Source: Candidatus Methylomirabilis oxygeniifera (GTDB lineage: Bacteria; Methylomirabilota; Methylomirabilia; Methylomirabilales; Methylomirabilaceae). From it: 32,000 nucleotides of DNA. Shown piece by piece: positions 10,567 through 18,759 of the stretch. The stretch is taken from the NCBI GenBank assembly GCA_000091165.1, contig FP565575.1, forward strand, positions 2,550,001 to 2,582,000, given 5' to 3'. The position numbers were made by a program, and so were the translations under genes. Each line of letters begins with the position of its first letter. The first letter of the stretch is position 1. The notes below the pieces were generated by a model, which was not told the DNA's origin, made no database searches, and saw only the letters and a list, made by a program, of their open reading frames with translations.

Positions 10567-11583
10567 ATGATTATCGTCATGAAAACCGGGGCCTCCGAGA
10601 GCCAGATCCGGGACGTCATTCGGCGGATCGAGGAGCTTGGCTACCAGGCGCATATCATTGAGGGGGCGCAGCGGACCGTCATTGGAGCTGTAGGGGATGA
10701 GCGGGGCAAAGACCGCCTCCAGTCGCTGGAGGTGATGCCGGGCGTAGACACCGTCGTCCCGATTCTGCAGCCGTTCAAGCTGGCCAGCCGGGAGGTCAAG
10801 GGCGGCAAGAGTATCGTCCGGGTGGGCGATCTGGAGATTGGCGGACCGGCGATCGTCGTCATGGCCGGTCCCTGCTCGGTGGAAAGTGAGACGCAGATGG
10901 TGCAGACCGCCCAGGCAGTCAAGGCGGCCGGCGCGACGGTTCTCCGGGGCGGGGCGTTCAAGCCGCGCACCTCACCCTACGCCTTTCAAGGCCTGGCCGA
11001 GGAGGGACTCAAGTACCTGGATGCCGCTCGGGCGGCGACTGGCCTGAAGATCATCACCGAGGTCGTCAACCCGATGGACGTCGAGCTGGTCGCCGAGTAC
11101 GCCGATATTCTGCAGATCGGTGCCCGCAACGTCCAGAACTTCGCTCTGCTCAAGCGGGCCGGCGAGGTCGGCAAGCCGGTCCTGCTCAAGCGCGGGATGG
11201 CGACCACCATCAAGGAGTTCCTGATGGCGGCCGAATATATCCTGTCGGAGGGCAACTACAACGTCGCCCTGTGCGAGCGCGGGATTCGGACCTTCGAAAC
11301 CGCCACTCGCTTCACCCTCGACCTGAGCGCGGTCCCGGTTCTCAACAAACTGACCCACCTGCCGGTCGTGATCGACCCCAGTCACGGCACCGGCCACTGG
11401 GAGTATGTAGCGTCGATGGCCAAGGCCTCGGTCGCCTGCGGCGCCGACGGCCTCCTGATCGAGGTCCACCCCACTCCCGAGACGGCTCAGTCGGACGGCC
11501 TGCAATCGCTCAAGCTCACCACGTTCCAGCAGCTCATGGACGAGCTGCGCCCCATCGCCCTCGCCGTCGGCCGCCGAATCTAG
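10567..11583 (+). CDS. aroF: 3-deoxy-7-phosphoheptulonate (DAHP) synthase, type I-beta with N-terminal regulatory domain
   Basis: ATG 10567 is Met36 of ORF-track entry 10462, whose first 35 codons overlap atpC. 338 aa. The N-terminal ACT/ferredoxin-like domain ([26 protein letters not shown]) is followed by a KDO8PS-like barrel (GPCSVES, KPRTSPY, IDPSHG), as in the Thermotoga-type enzyme. Confidence 0.9.
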   Translation: MIIVMKTGASESQIRDVIRRIEELGYQAHIIEGAQRTVIGAVGDERGKDRLQSLEVMPGVDTVVPILQPFKLASREVKGGKSIVRVGDLEIGGPAIVVMAGPCSVESETQMVQTAQAVKAAGATVLRGGAFKPRTSPYAFQGLAEEGLKYLDAARAATGLKIITEVVNPMDVELVAEYADILQIGARNVQNFALLKRAGEVGKPVLLKRGMATTIKEFLMAAEYILSEGNYNVALCERGIRTFETATRFTLDLSAVPVLNKLTHLPVVIDPSHGTGHWEYVASMAKASVACGADGLLIEVHPTPETAQSDGLQSLKLTTFQQLMDELRPIALAVGRRI

Positions 11584-11633
11584 GCTCGCACTCCCGACAC
11601 ACATCAGTCTACCCCCTCGCGCCTTCTCTTTGA

Positions 11634-11804
11634 CATCCAGGTCTTCAATTCAAGCAAGTTCACCCACATCGGCCGATCTTCGCCGTACGCATCGGCTTGG
11701 GACATAGAGCGCTCGGCGTCCGCCAGAGCGAAGAGATCGTGTGGTTCTGGGTCGGCACGCATGCGGAGTATAACCACATTCTGTCGCAGATGCGTCGTGG
11801 TTAA
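11634..11804 (+). pseudogene. Remnant of a RelE/ParE-superfamily (ParE-like) toxin gene, lacking start codon and N-terminus
   Basis: The frame after the TGA at 11631-11633 reads HPGLQFKQVHPHRPIFAVRIGLGHRALGVRQSEEIVWFWVGTHAEYNHILSQMRRG*. The pattern HP(S/G)LxFKx...(S/A)VRI...YRALG...(I/V)WxWIG(T/S)HxEY is one I recall from small ParE-like toxins. There is no ATG/GTG/TTG giving more than 35 codons. A possible LLFD piece lies in another frame just upstream, and only about 45 nt separate it from the aroF stop. Confidence 0.4.
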
Positions 11805-11903
11805 TAACTACCTGACGGACAATCCTGCCTGGAGCCGGAGGATTGTTATGTGCATGGCGCCTTATTCTTCCCCGCACCTTTGGATCGCATGCGTGATCGA
11901 CGC

Positions 11904-12287
11904 TTACAGTGTTGTAGCCACCAGATCGATCTCGACGGCGGCGCCGCGGGGGAGGGTGGCGACACCGACCGTGGAGCGGGCCGGCTTCGCGTGTCCCAGA
12001 TATTCGGCGTAGACCTCATTCATCTTAGCGAAATTGCTCAGATCGGTGAGGTACACGGTGGCCTTGATGACGTGGTCGAGCGAACTTCCCCCCGCCTCCA
12101 GGACCGCCTTGAGATTCTCCAGGGCTCGGTGCGTCTGGGCCGATACGTCGCCCTCGATCAGCGTCCCGGTGGCCGGGTCCAGCGCGATCTGACCGGAGGT
12201 GAAGAGCAATCCATTACATCTGATAGCCTGCTCATATGGTCCGATTGCCTGTGGTGCCTTGTCAGTGCTCACGACTTCACGCAACAT
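11904..12287 (-). CDS. ridA: RidA/YjgF-family reactive-intermediate deaminase
   Basis: ATG 12287 is preceded by GGGAGGAG. 127 aa; APQAIGPYEQAI, GQIALDPATG, VYLTDLSNFAKMNEVYAEY, PARSTVGVATLPRGAAVEID. The longer ORF-track start (12377) falls inside the hairpin repeat. Confidence 0.9.
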   Translation of the reverse strand: MLREVVSTDKAPQAIGPYEQAIRCNGLLFTSGQIALDPATGTLIEGDVSAQTHRALENLKAVLEAGGSSLDHVIKATVYLTDLSNFAKMNEVYAEYLGHAKPARSTVGVATLPRGAAVEIDLVATTL

Positions 12288-12345
12288 TTGCTCCTCCCAC
12301 CTCCAATTCGTTGTCCGTTCGCACTCCAAACCCCTTGTCGCGCGC

Positions 12346-12443
12346 GTCATTGCGAGCCGAGGGCGAAGCAATCTCACCGTTCTTCAAGACCAGAGAAACA
12401 AAACCGTTGGATTGCCGCGCTCCCGCTGGTCGCTCACAACGAC
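12346..12443 (-). repeat. Long imperfect inverted repeat (98 nt) between uvrC and ridA; folds best as minus-strand RNA
   Basis: The arms are GTCATTGCGAGCCGAGGGCGAAGCAATC (12346-12373) and GATTGCCGCGCTCCCGCTGGTCGCTCACAACGAC (12410-12443), with a 36-nt loop. The outer 12 positions have two mismatches that are A.C on the + strand but G.U wobbles on the - strand. Confidence 0.75.
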
Positions 12444-12470
12444 AGAACGCGGGCATCGATGAAGGCTGCT

Positions 12471-14276
12471 CTATGCACTGACGGCGCCGACAACATCATG
12501 AATGGTTGTAGCCAGTGACTCTGAAATCCCGCCGGCGCGTCGGAGCTCATCGATACTGGCCTCCCGCAGCCGGCGGAGGCTCCCGAGCTGGGTGAGCAGC
12601 GCGCGCCGCCGCTTGGCGCCGATCCCGGGGACGTCGTCCAGCAGGGAGCGGATAGCCGACTTGCCCCGCAGCGCCCGGTGGTAGGTGATGGCAAACCGGT
12701 GCGACTCGTCGCGGATCTGTTGAAGCAGTTGCCTGGCCCGTGACCGCTCCGGGAGCGCGATCGGCGTGGACCTGGATGGGTGGAAGACCAACTCCTCCTC
12801 CTTGGCCAGGCTCACCATCGGCAGCGCGTGTAGCCCGAGCTCCCTCGCCACGCCCAGCGCGGCGTTGAGCTGACCGCGACCGCCATCGAGTAGCATCAGG
12901 TCCGGAAGCGGCATCTCCTCGGCCTTGCGCAACCGCCGCTGTACCACCTCGGCTAGCATGGCAAAGTCGTCCGGCCCCTCCACCGTCTTGATCTTGTAGC
13001 GCCTATAGGCCGATTTTTTGGGCTTGCCATCCTCCCAGACCACCTGGGAGCCGACCGCCAGCGCCCCCGAGAGGTTCGAGATGTCGTAGGCCTCGATCCG
13101 CCTGGGCGGGGCCGGGAGGTCCAGTACCGTTTGCAACTCCTTCAGGGCTGCCTCGCGACTCTGTGAGGATCGGAGGCTGAGCGCGAGGGCCTCCTGGGCG
13201 TTCCTCAGCGCCATCTGGATCAGCCGCATCTTACGTCCGCGCCGTGGGACCAGCAGGTTCACCCGTCGATTCGCCCGGGATGTCAGCCATGCCGCGATAA
13301 GCGGGGCGTCTTCCAGGGGCTCAGACAGCAAGATCTCGCGCGGAATGTCCCGTGCGCCGAGGTAGAACTGCTTCAGCACGGCTGACAACAGCTCGCTCAT
13401 TGTCTCAGTCTTCAACTCGAAGGTAAAGGTCTCCCGGCCGATCAGTCGGCCTCGCCGGATCAGGAAGAGTTGGACCTGGGCCTCTCCCCCTTCCGCCGCC
13501 AGGCCAAAGACATCCTGATCTTCACCCCTTGGCGAGATGATGCGCTGACGCTCGAATACCTGGCGCAATGACGCAATCTGGTCGCGATGCTTGGCAGCGC
13601 GCTCATATTCAAGCGTTTCAGCCGCCTGCTGCATCTGCGCCTCAAGGCGCTTCATCAACTCCTGATCCTTCCCGTCCAGCAGCAGTCGTGCCTGGTCCAC
13701 CAGTTCACCGTAGGCCTGTTGGCTGATGAGCCCTTCGCAGGGCCCTAGGCAGCGGCCCAAGTGGTATTCGAGGCAAAGCCGTCGTCCCTTGATTGACCGG
13801 CACTTGCGGAGGGGGATCGTTTTGTTCACGAGAGCCAGGACGTCCCACATTGCGGTGGTAGGGACATACGGGCCGTAATAGAGCGCGCCGTCATCCTTGA
13901 TCCGGCGGACCACCTGTACCCAGGGGAACGGGTCGTTCAGATCAAGCTTCAGGAAGGGGTAATGTTTATCGTCCTTGAGGGCAATGTTATAGCGTGGCTT
14001 GTGGCTCTTGATCAGGTTGCTTTCTAGGATGAGCGCCTCCAGCTCATTGTCGGTCAGGATGAACTCCAGATCGGCGATCTGCTCCACCATCGGTCGGATC
14101 AGGGGCCGCTCGGGTGTGTCCGGCGCCTCCGTGAAGTAAGAGCCGACTCGCTTCCTTAGCGACAGCGCCTTACCGATATACAACACGTGGCCTCGCGCGT
14201 CACGGAACAGATAGACGCCCGGCGCATCCGCTAAGCCCTTGACCTTTTCCTGAAGCCGCTCGATCTGTTGCATCAT
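12471..14276 (-). CDS. uvrC: Excinuclease ABC subunit C
   Basis: 601 aa; GIY-YIG N-terminus (GVYLFRDARGHVLYIGKA), UVR-like segment, C-terminal helix-hairpin-helix (VPGIGAKRRRALL). Confidence 0.95.
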   Translation of the reverse strand: MMQQIERLQEKVKGLADAPGVYLFRDARGHVLYIGKALSLRKRVGSYFTEAPDTPERPLIRPMVEQIADLEFILTDNELEALILESNLIKSHKPRYNIALKDDKHYPFLKLDLNDPFPWVQVVRRIKDDGALYYGPYVPTTAMWDVLALVNKTIPLRKCRSIKGRRLCLEYHLGRCLGPCEGLISQQAYGELVDQARLLLDGKDQELMKRLEAQMQQAAETLEYERAAKHRDQIASLRQVFERQRIISPRGEDQDVFGLAAEGGEAQVQLFLIRRGRLIGRETFTFELKTETMSELLSAVLKQFYLGARDIPREILLSEPLEDAPLIAAWLTSRANRRVNLLVPRRGRKMRLIQMALRNAQEALALSLRSSQSREAALKELQTVLDLPAPPRRIEAYDISNLSGALAVGSQVVWEDGKPKKSAYRRYKIKTVEGPDDFAMLAEVVQRRLRKAEEMPLPDLMLLDGGRGQLNAALGVARELGLHALPMVSLAKEEELVFHPSRSTPIALPERSRARQLLQQIRDESHRFAITYHRALRGKSAIRSLLDDVPGIGAKRRRALLTQLGSLRRLREASIDELRRAGGISESLATTIHDVVGAVSA

Positions 14277-14343
14277 AGCTAGAAAATGTCATAGGCCGGC
14301 GAGCCTGTCAAGGAGCGCCGCCACTTGCCGTTACGTAAGCCCC

Positions 14344-14384
14344 CCTGTCAAGCCACTTGACAGCGTTATCCCGAGGGCGTACGC
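14344..14384 (+). promoter_or_regulatory. Perfect palindrome CTGTCAAG-cca-CTTGACAG embedding a sigma70-type promoter
   Basis: The palindrome spans 14344-14362. Promoter: -35 TTGACA (14356-14361), 17-nt spacer, -10 TACGCT (14379-14384). A degenerate second copy, CTGTCAAG-N9-CCACTTGCC, lies at 14305-14328. Confidence 0.45.
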
Positions 14385-14455
14385 TGTTGCAGGGTTCTTA
14401 CGGCCTGGCCGAGGCCGCACGCGAGAAGGAAACAATTGCAGAAAGGAGAGCATAG

Positions 14456-14641
14456 ATGGCGGGAAAGTTCCAACCATACCGAGGTGAGAAGCGGCGAAAA
14501 GAGACCGCGCGCAAGGCCAAGCAGGAGGAGAAGCTCCGAAAGAAACTGGAGAGAAAAGAGAGTGTTTTGCCGACCGTGGAGGGCGAACCCGAAGAGGATG
14601 TACCTTCCGCTGAAGAGCCGCCACCCCACCCGAGTTCATAG
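14456..14641 (+). CDS. Small highly charged hypothetical protein (61 aa; basic N-half, acidic/Pro-rich C-half)
   Basis: ATG is preceded by AAAGGAGAG at 6-nt spacing. Sequence MAGKFQPYRGEKRRKETARKAKQEEKLRKKLERKESVLPTVEGEPEEDVPSAEEPPPHPSS. A candidate promoter lies about 70 nt upstream. No family recognised. Confidence 0.45.
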   Translation: MAGKFQPYRGEKRRKETARKAKQEEKLRKKLERKESVLPTVEGEPEEDVPSAEEPPPHPSS

Positions 14642-14659
14642 TGCCGGCGGGGCGACGCG

Positions 14660-16489
14660 TTAGTGCCTCGCGACCCTTCCCCGCTTGCGCTCGTGCCGGT
14701 CCAGTAGCTTCTTGCGCAGTCGCAGACTTTTCGGCGTGACTTCCAGCAGCTCGTCTTCTGCCAGATATTCGACGCAATTGTCGAGACTCATCTGTCTCGG
14801 CGGCGTGAGACGCACTGCAACATCGGAGGTGGAGGATCGCATATTCGTCAGGTGCTTCCGCTTCGCGACATTGACCTCCAGATCTCGCTCCTTGGCCGCC
14901 TCGCCCACGACCATCCCTTCATACGCCTCGGTCCCTGGTCCGATGAAGAGAATCCCGCTTCCCTCCGCACTCGCCAGGCCGTACGCCGTGGCCACCCCAG
15001 CCTCCCACGCGACCAGCGACCCACGGTCACGTGCGCGGATCTCGCCGACCATAGGTTCATAGGCGTAAAACAGGCTGTTGAGCAATCCGGTCCCGCGTGT
15101 TGCGGTCAGGAACGCCTGCCGAAATCCCAGTAATCCTCGCGTGGGGACTATGAACTCATAGTGTACGAACCCCTGTTCACCCGTCCGCATATCCATCAGA
15201 CGCCCTCGCCGCACCCCCAACATCTCCATCACCAACCCTGCCTGCTCCTCCGGCACCTCGATGCTGACCCGCTCGAACGGCTCCAGCCGCGCCCCGGTCT
15301 CCGGATCGGTCTGAAAGATGACCTCTGGCCTCGAGACCTGCAGTTCATACCCCTCACGCCGCATCGTTTCGATCAGGACGACCAGATGTAACTCGCCTCG
15401 TCCGGCCACCAGGAAGCTGTCGGGGCTCTCCGTGTCATGGACTCGCAGGCTGACATTGTGCTCGAGCTCCTTAAACAGGCGCTCGCGGAGACTACGGCTC
15501 GAGCTCCACCGTCCCTCCCGCCCCGCGAAGGGGCTGGTGTTGACGCTGAAGGTCATCTGCACGGTCGGCTCGTCTACCAGGATCGGGGGAAGGGCCTGAG
15601 GGTTGTCCTTGTCGGCAATCGTCTCCCCAATCCCAACCTCCTCCAGGCCCGCCACCGCCACGATCTCGCCTGCCCCTGCCTCCTCGACCTCGATTCGATC
15701 CAATCCCTGATGTACAAAGACCTGCGCGACCTTATCGGGGTGGTAGGTTCCATCCTTCGCGATCCGGATGACCTCCTGGGCTCGGCGCAGACGGCCGGCG
15801 CACAGGCGACCGATGGCGATCCGACCCTTATAATCGTCATAGGCCAGCAGGTTGACCAGCATCTGCGTGGGACCATCCGGCTCCACCACGGGAGGAGGCA
15901 GGGAGCTGAGGATAGTTTCGAACAGGGGCTGCAGGTCAGGGGCCAGTGAGGTTGGCGTGTGGCCGGCCCGTCCACGGAGGCCGTCCGTATACACGATCGG
16001 GAAATCCGCTTGCTCTTCTGTTGCGCCAAGATCGATGAACAGATCGAAGGTGGCGTTGGCTGCGTAGTCGGCTCGGGCGTTCGCGCGGTCGATCTTGTTA
16101 ACAACCACGACAACCCTGTGCTGGAGCTCCAGAGCCTTGCGCAGCACGAACCGGGTCTGGGGCATCGGCCCCTCCACGGCGTCCACCAGCAGCAACACCC
16201 CGTCCACCATGTTCAAAACCCGCTCGACCTCGCCCCCGAAGTCGGCGTGTCCCGGCGTGTCTACGATATTGATTTTCACGCTTCCGTAGGTCACGGCTGT
16301 ATTCTTGGCCAGGATAGTGATGCCGCGCTCCCGCTCGAGAGGATTTGAATCCATGATCCGCATCATTACCGCCTGATTGTCCCTGAAGATGTGGCTCTGC
16401 TTCAGCATGGCATCTACGAGCGTCGTCTTGCCATGGTCCACGTGCGCGATGATGGCCAGATTCCTGAGATCGGTGCGCTGCTGTACCAT
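14660..16489 (-). CDS. typA: Translational GTPase TypA/BipA
   Basis: ATG 16489 (GAAAGG SD) gives [26 protein letters not shown], collinear with the BipA N-terminus; 609 aa. G-domain motifs [20 protein letters not shown]. The ORF track extends to GTG 16540. Confidence 0.93.
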   Translation of the reverse strand: MVQQRTDLRNLAIIAHVDHGKTTLVDAMLKQSHIFRDNQAVMMRIMDSNPLERERGITILAKNTAVTYGSVKINIVDTPGHADFGGEVERVLNMVDGVLLLVDAVEGPMPQTRFVLRKALELQHRVVVVVNKIDRANARADYAANATFDLFIDLGATEEQADFPIVYTDGLRGRAGHTPTSLAPDLQPLFETILSSLPPPVVEPDGPTQMLVNLLAYDDYKGRIAIGRLCAGRLRRAQEVIRIAKDGTYHPDKVAQVFVHQGLDRIEVEEAGAGEIVAVAGLEEVGIGETIADKDNPQALPPILVDEPTVQMTFSVNTSPFAGREGRWSSSRSLRERLFKELEHNVSLRVHDTESPDSFLVAGRGELHLVVLIETMRREGYELQVSRPEVIFQTDPETGARLEPFERVSIEVPEEQAGLVMEMLGVRRGRLMDMRTGEQGFVHYEFIVPTRGLLGFRQAFLTATRGTGLLNSLFYAYEPMVGEIRARDRGSLVAWEAGVATAYGLASAEGSGILFIGPGTEAYEGMVVGEAAKERDLEVNVAKRKHLTNMRSSTSDVAVRLTPPRQMSLDNCVEYLAEDELLEVTPKSLRLRKKLLDRHERKRGRVARH

Positions 16490-16699
16490 AAAGCCTTTCG
16501 ATGCGGTTATCGATTTCGCCGTACCGGCGGTAGGCGACACGACCGCGGAAATACGTTTTACGCTGAAATCCAGTGTGGAGAGGCGCGAGAAAGGTCAGAG
16601 CCTGAAGGTCAACCGGCTGCGGACCTGCTGGGGCCGTTCGAACAGATGTGGTGCTTCACGTTGCAACGGCACGAGTCAATCACCTCATGAATATACAAC

Positions 16700-16728
16700 A
16701 CTATATCGCAAAGAAGCGGATTCGTCAA
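16700..16728 (-). promoter_or_regulatory. Sigma70-type promoter for typA
   Basis: On the minus strand: TTGACG (16728-16723), 17-nt spacer, TATAGT (16705-16700). This implies a roughly 200-nt typA leader. Confidence 0.5.
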
Positions 16729-16764
16729 ACAGGTTCCTACGCCGGGACCGGGTAGACTTTTTGA

Positions 16765-16793
16765 TTGCGTCGCGGGCGTGCGAGGCGTACTAT
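16765..16793 (+). promoter_or_regulatory. Sigma70-type promoter for the FKBP lipoprotein gene
   Basis: TTGCGT (16765-16770), 17-nt spacer, TACTAT (16788-16793). It lies back-to-back with the typA promoter. Confidence 0.4.
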
Positions 16794-16849
16794 GCGCCAG
16801 TACACATGAACGGCTCATCTGGCGCTGTGTCACGCATGGAGGAAGACGG

Positions 16850-17413
16850 ATGAAGAGGATTCACTACGCATCAATACTCGCAACGGCCGCGGGGATGATC
16901 TTTGCCCTGGCAGCTTGTCAGGGCTTGCGCCAGGCACCCGATAAGACCCCGACCCCGGTCAAACTAGACGGCCCCGGAATTCAGAATGGCTCCACCGTAC
17001 AGCTTGAATATAAGCTGACAGACGAAAAAGGGGCGATTCTGGATACCAACGAAGGAAAGGAGCCCTTGGTCTACACACATGGGCAGGGGCAGATCATTCC
17101 TGGACTGGAAAAGGCGTTGGGCGGTCTGCGCGCAGGCGATACCAAGCACGTCGTCGTCCCATCCGACGAGGCCTATGGACCGATCAGGCCTGATGCGTTT
17201 GTTGAGATCCCTAAAGAACGCATTCCGGACAAATTTCAGACAGTCGGAGCCCATCTTGTCGCCCAAGGCAAGAACGGACAGCCCCTCCATGCCTTCGTAA
17301 AAGAGATCAAGGAAAAGACAATCGTCCTTGATACGAATCATCCCCTGGCGGGTCAGGCTCTGACCTTTGACGTCAAGGTGGTCGGCATCGAGGCAGCGCA
17401 AGAGAAGAAGTAA
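16850..17413 (+). CDS. FKBP-type peptidyl-prolyl cis-trans isomerase, lipoprotein (SlyD-like with insert-in-flap)
   Basis: ATG 16850 after GGAGGAAG. Signal peptide with lipobox MKRIHYASILATAAGMIFALAAC. FKBP core VQLEYKLTDEKG...GQGQIIPGLEKAL..., and HPLAGQALTFDVKVVGIE at the C-terminus. Confidence 0.88.
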   Translation: MKRIHYASILATAAGMIFALAACQGLRQAPDKTPTPVKLDGPGIQNGSTVQLEYKLTDEKGAILDTNEGKEPLVYTHGQGQIIPGLEKALGGLRAGDTKHVVVPSDEAYGPIRPDAFVEIPKERIPDKFQTVGAHLVAQGKNGQPLHAFVKEIKEKTIVLDTNHPLAGQALTFDVKVVGIEAAQEKK

Positions 17414-17481
17414 GGACTGGCGGGATACCCCGATTTCGAAGCGGCACCCTCGTAGTGAGGGGAAATAGGAGGAAAGAGTGA

Positions 17482-17775
17482 ATGAATCCGGAATCGCTGG
17501 AAGTCTATTGCAGCAACGAGACGTGCAGCGACCCTGGAGCAGTGGATACGGGCATTTCCGTTTCCGCTGCACAGTCGAGAAGATATCGTCGCATGAACTA
17601 CAAGGGCAAGCGTCGAATCGGCGCCGCTCGAGCCTTTCTTTCGAGTCTCGTCATGTTCCAGTTTGACCCCGGCCTCCATTCTCTTCCGCCAGGAAAGTAC
17701 CACATCTTTCAGTGCTCCGCGTGCAACCGCGAGCGCATCTACTGCGAGCAGGGCGACCAGCTTACGGAGGTGTAA
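17482..17775 (+). CDS. Hypothetical Cys-rich small protein (possible zinc ribbon)
   Basis: AGGAGG lies 8 nt upstream of ATG 17482. 97 aa with CSNETC near the N-terminus and CSACNRERIYC near the C-terminus. Third codon positions look GC-rich like the neighbouring genes. No family recognised. Confidence 0.4.
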   Translation: MNPESLEVYCSNETCSDPGAVDTGISVSAAQSRRYRRMNYKGKRRIGAARAFLSSLVMFQFDPGLHSLPPGKYHIFQCSACNRERIYCEQGDQLTEV

Positions 17776-17787
17776 CCGTGGGTTTCC

Positions 17788-18696
17788 TCACTCAAGGTAG
17801 ACGAGGCCCTGGCGGTCGATCTCCAGAAGCTGCACGCGGTTCTCGATCCCGAATTCGTGTCGCCAGCGCTCTCCCATGCGTCGGCCGATCTCCTCGCCAT
17901 CTCCGCTGACCAGCGCGAGGAGTGAGGAGCCTGCGCCGCTTAGGCATGTGGCTAATGCGCCCGCTTGCCGCCCTTCCTCCAGGATTGCCTCCAGCCCGGG
18001 GAGTAGCTCGGCCCGGTACGGTTGGTGAAGACGGTCCTCCATCCCTGGTGCGAGCAGTTCGGGGCGATCGGTGACGAGGCCCGTGAGCAGGAGGGCCAGG
18101 CGGGTCAGGTTGAAGACGGCGTCGGCAAACGGGACCTGCTTAGGGAGCACCTCCCGCGCGCGCTTGGTAGGCAGCTTGAGGTCCGGGATCACGACGACGG
18201 CCTTCAAATACGCGGGAACGGGGACCCTGGCGGCCACGACGCGGCCCGCGACGATGGCGGAAGTCGTGAGACCTCCCATCAAGGCCGGCGTCACGTTGTC
18301 TGGGTGGCCTTCGAACGGCAGCGCTCTGGCGAGAAGCTCATCCGTCGAGAGTTCGACGCGAGCGAGACGACAGGCAGCAGCGATCCCGGCGAGGCAGGCT
18401 GCAGCGCTGCTCCCCAAGCCGCGCCCCAGCGGGATCCGGTTGATCTGACGCACCCGAAGTCCGGACGGCTGATGACCAAAGTCTCGGAGCGTCTCTTGTG
18501 CCGCTCGAACCGACAGGTTACGCCGCCCCGCCTGCTCCAGTTCGACCTTTCCCTCACCCTCGACCTGCAGTTGAAGTCCCTCGCCTTCGTCGGTCAGCTC
18601 TACCTCGTTATAGAGGCTGAGCGCCATCCCCAACGTATCAAATCCTGGTCCAAGGTTGGCCGTTGAGGCCGGCACTCTCACTCTTACCCGTCGCAT
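17788..18696 (-). CDS. thrB: Homoserine kinase
   Basis: 302 aa; VRVPASTANLGPGFDTLG and GHMP-kinase motif PLGRGLGSSAAA. Confidence 0.93.
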   Translation of the reverse strand: MRRVRVRVPASTANLGPGFDTLGMALSLYNEVELTDEGEGLQLQVEGEGKVELEQAGRRNLSVRAAQETLRDFGHQPSGLRVRQINRIPLGRGLGSSAAACLAGIAAACRLARVELSTDELLARALPFEGHPDNVTPALMGGLTTSAIVAGRVVAARVPVPAYLKAVVVIPDLKLPTKRAREVLPKQVPFADAVFNLTRLALLLTGLVTDRPELLAPGMEDRLHQPYRAELLPGLEAILEEGRQAGALATCLSGAGSSLLALVSGDGEEIGRRMGERWRHEFGIENRVQLLEIDRQGLVYLE

Positions 18697-18718
18697 CGAT
18701 CACCCTTTCTCCAAAAAT

Positions 18719-18753
18719 AGCTTTCAGCAGTCAGCGGTCAGCAATCAGCTTCA
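18719..18753 (-). repeat. Heptamer array (5 units), AGCNNTC on + strand = GANNGCT in thrB sense
   Basis: AGCTTTC AGCAGTC AGCGGTC AGCAATC AGCTTCA. In the thrB orientation it ends 22 nt upstream of the thrB ATG. Confidence 0.85.
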
Positions 18754-18759
18754 AACAAA

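Noticed and set aside
11850-12518. 222-aa plus-strand ORF spanning ridA and the uvrC end.
   Set aside because: It is antisense to ridA and runs through the hairpin repeat. The translation is low-complexity with no recognisable motifs.
16737-16762. Hairpin CTACGCCGGGACCGGGTAG followed by ACTTTTT on the + strand, as a possible terminator of an unannotated + strand sRNA antisense to the typA leader.
   Set aside because: The stem is short and bulged. It sits between two back-to-back divergent promoters, and I found no convincing + strand promoter upstream within 16541-16736. It would need Term-seq or RNA-seq to revisit.
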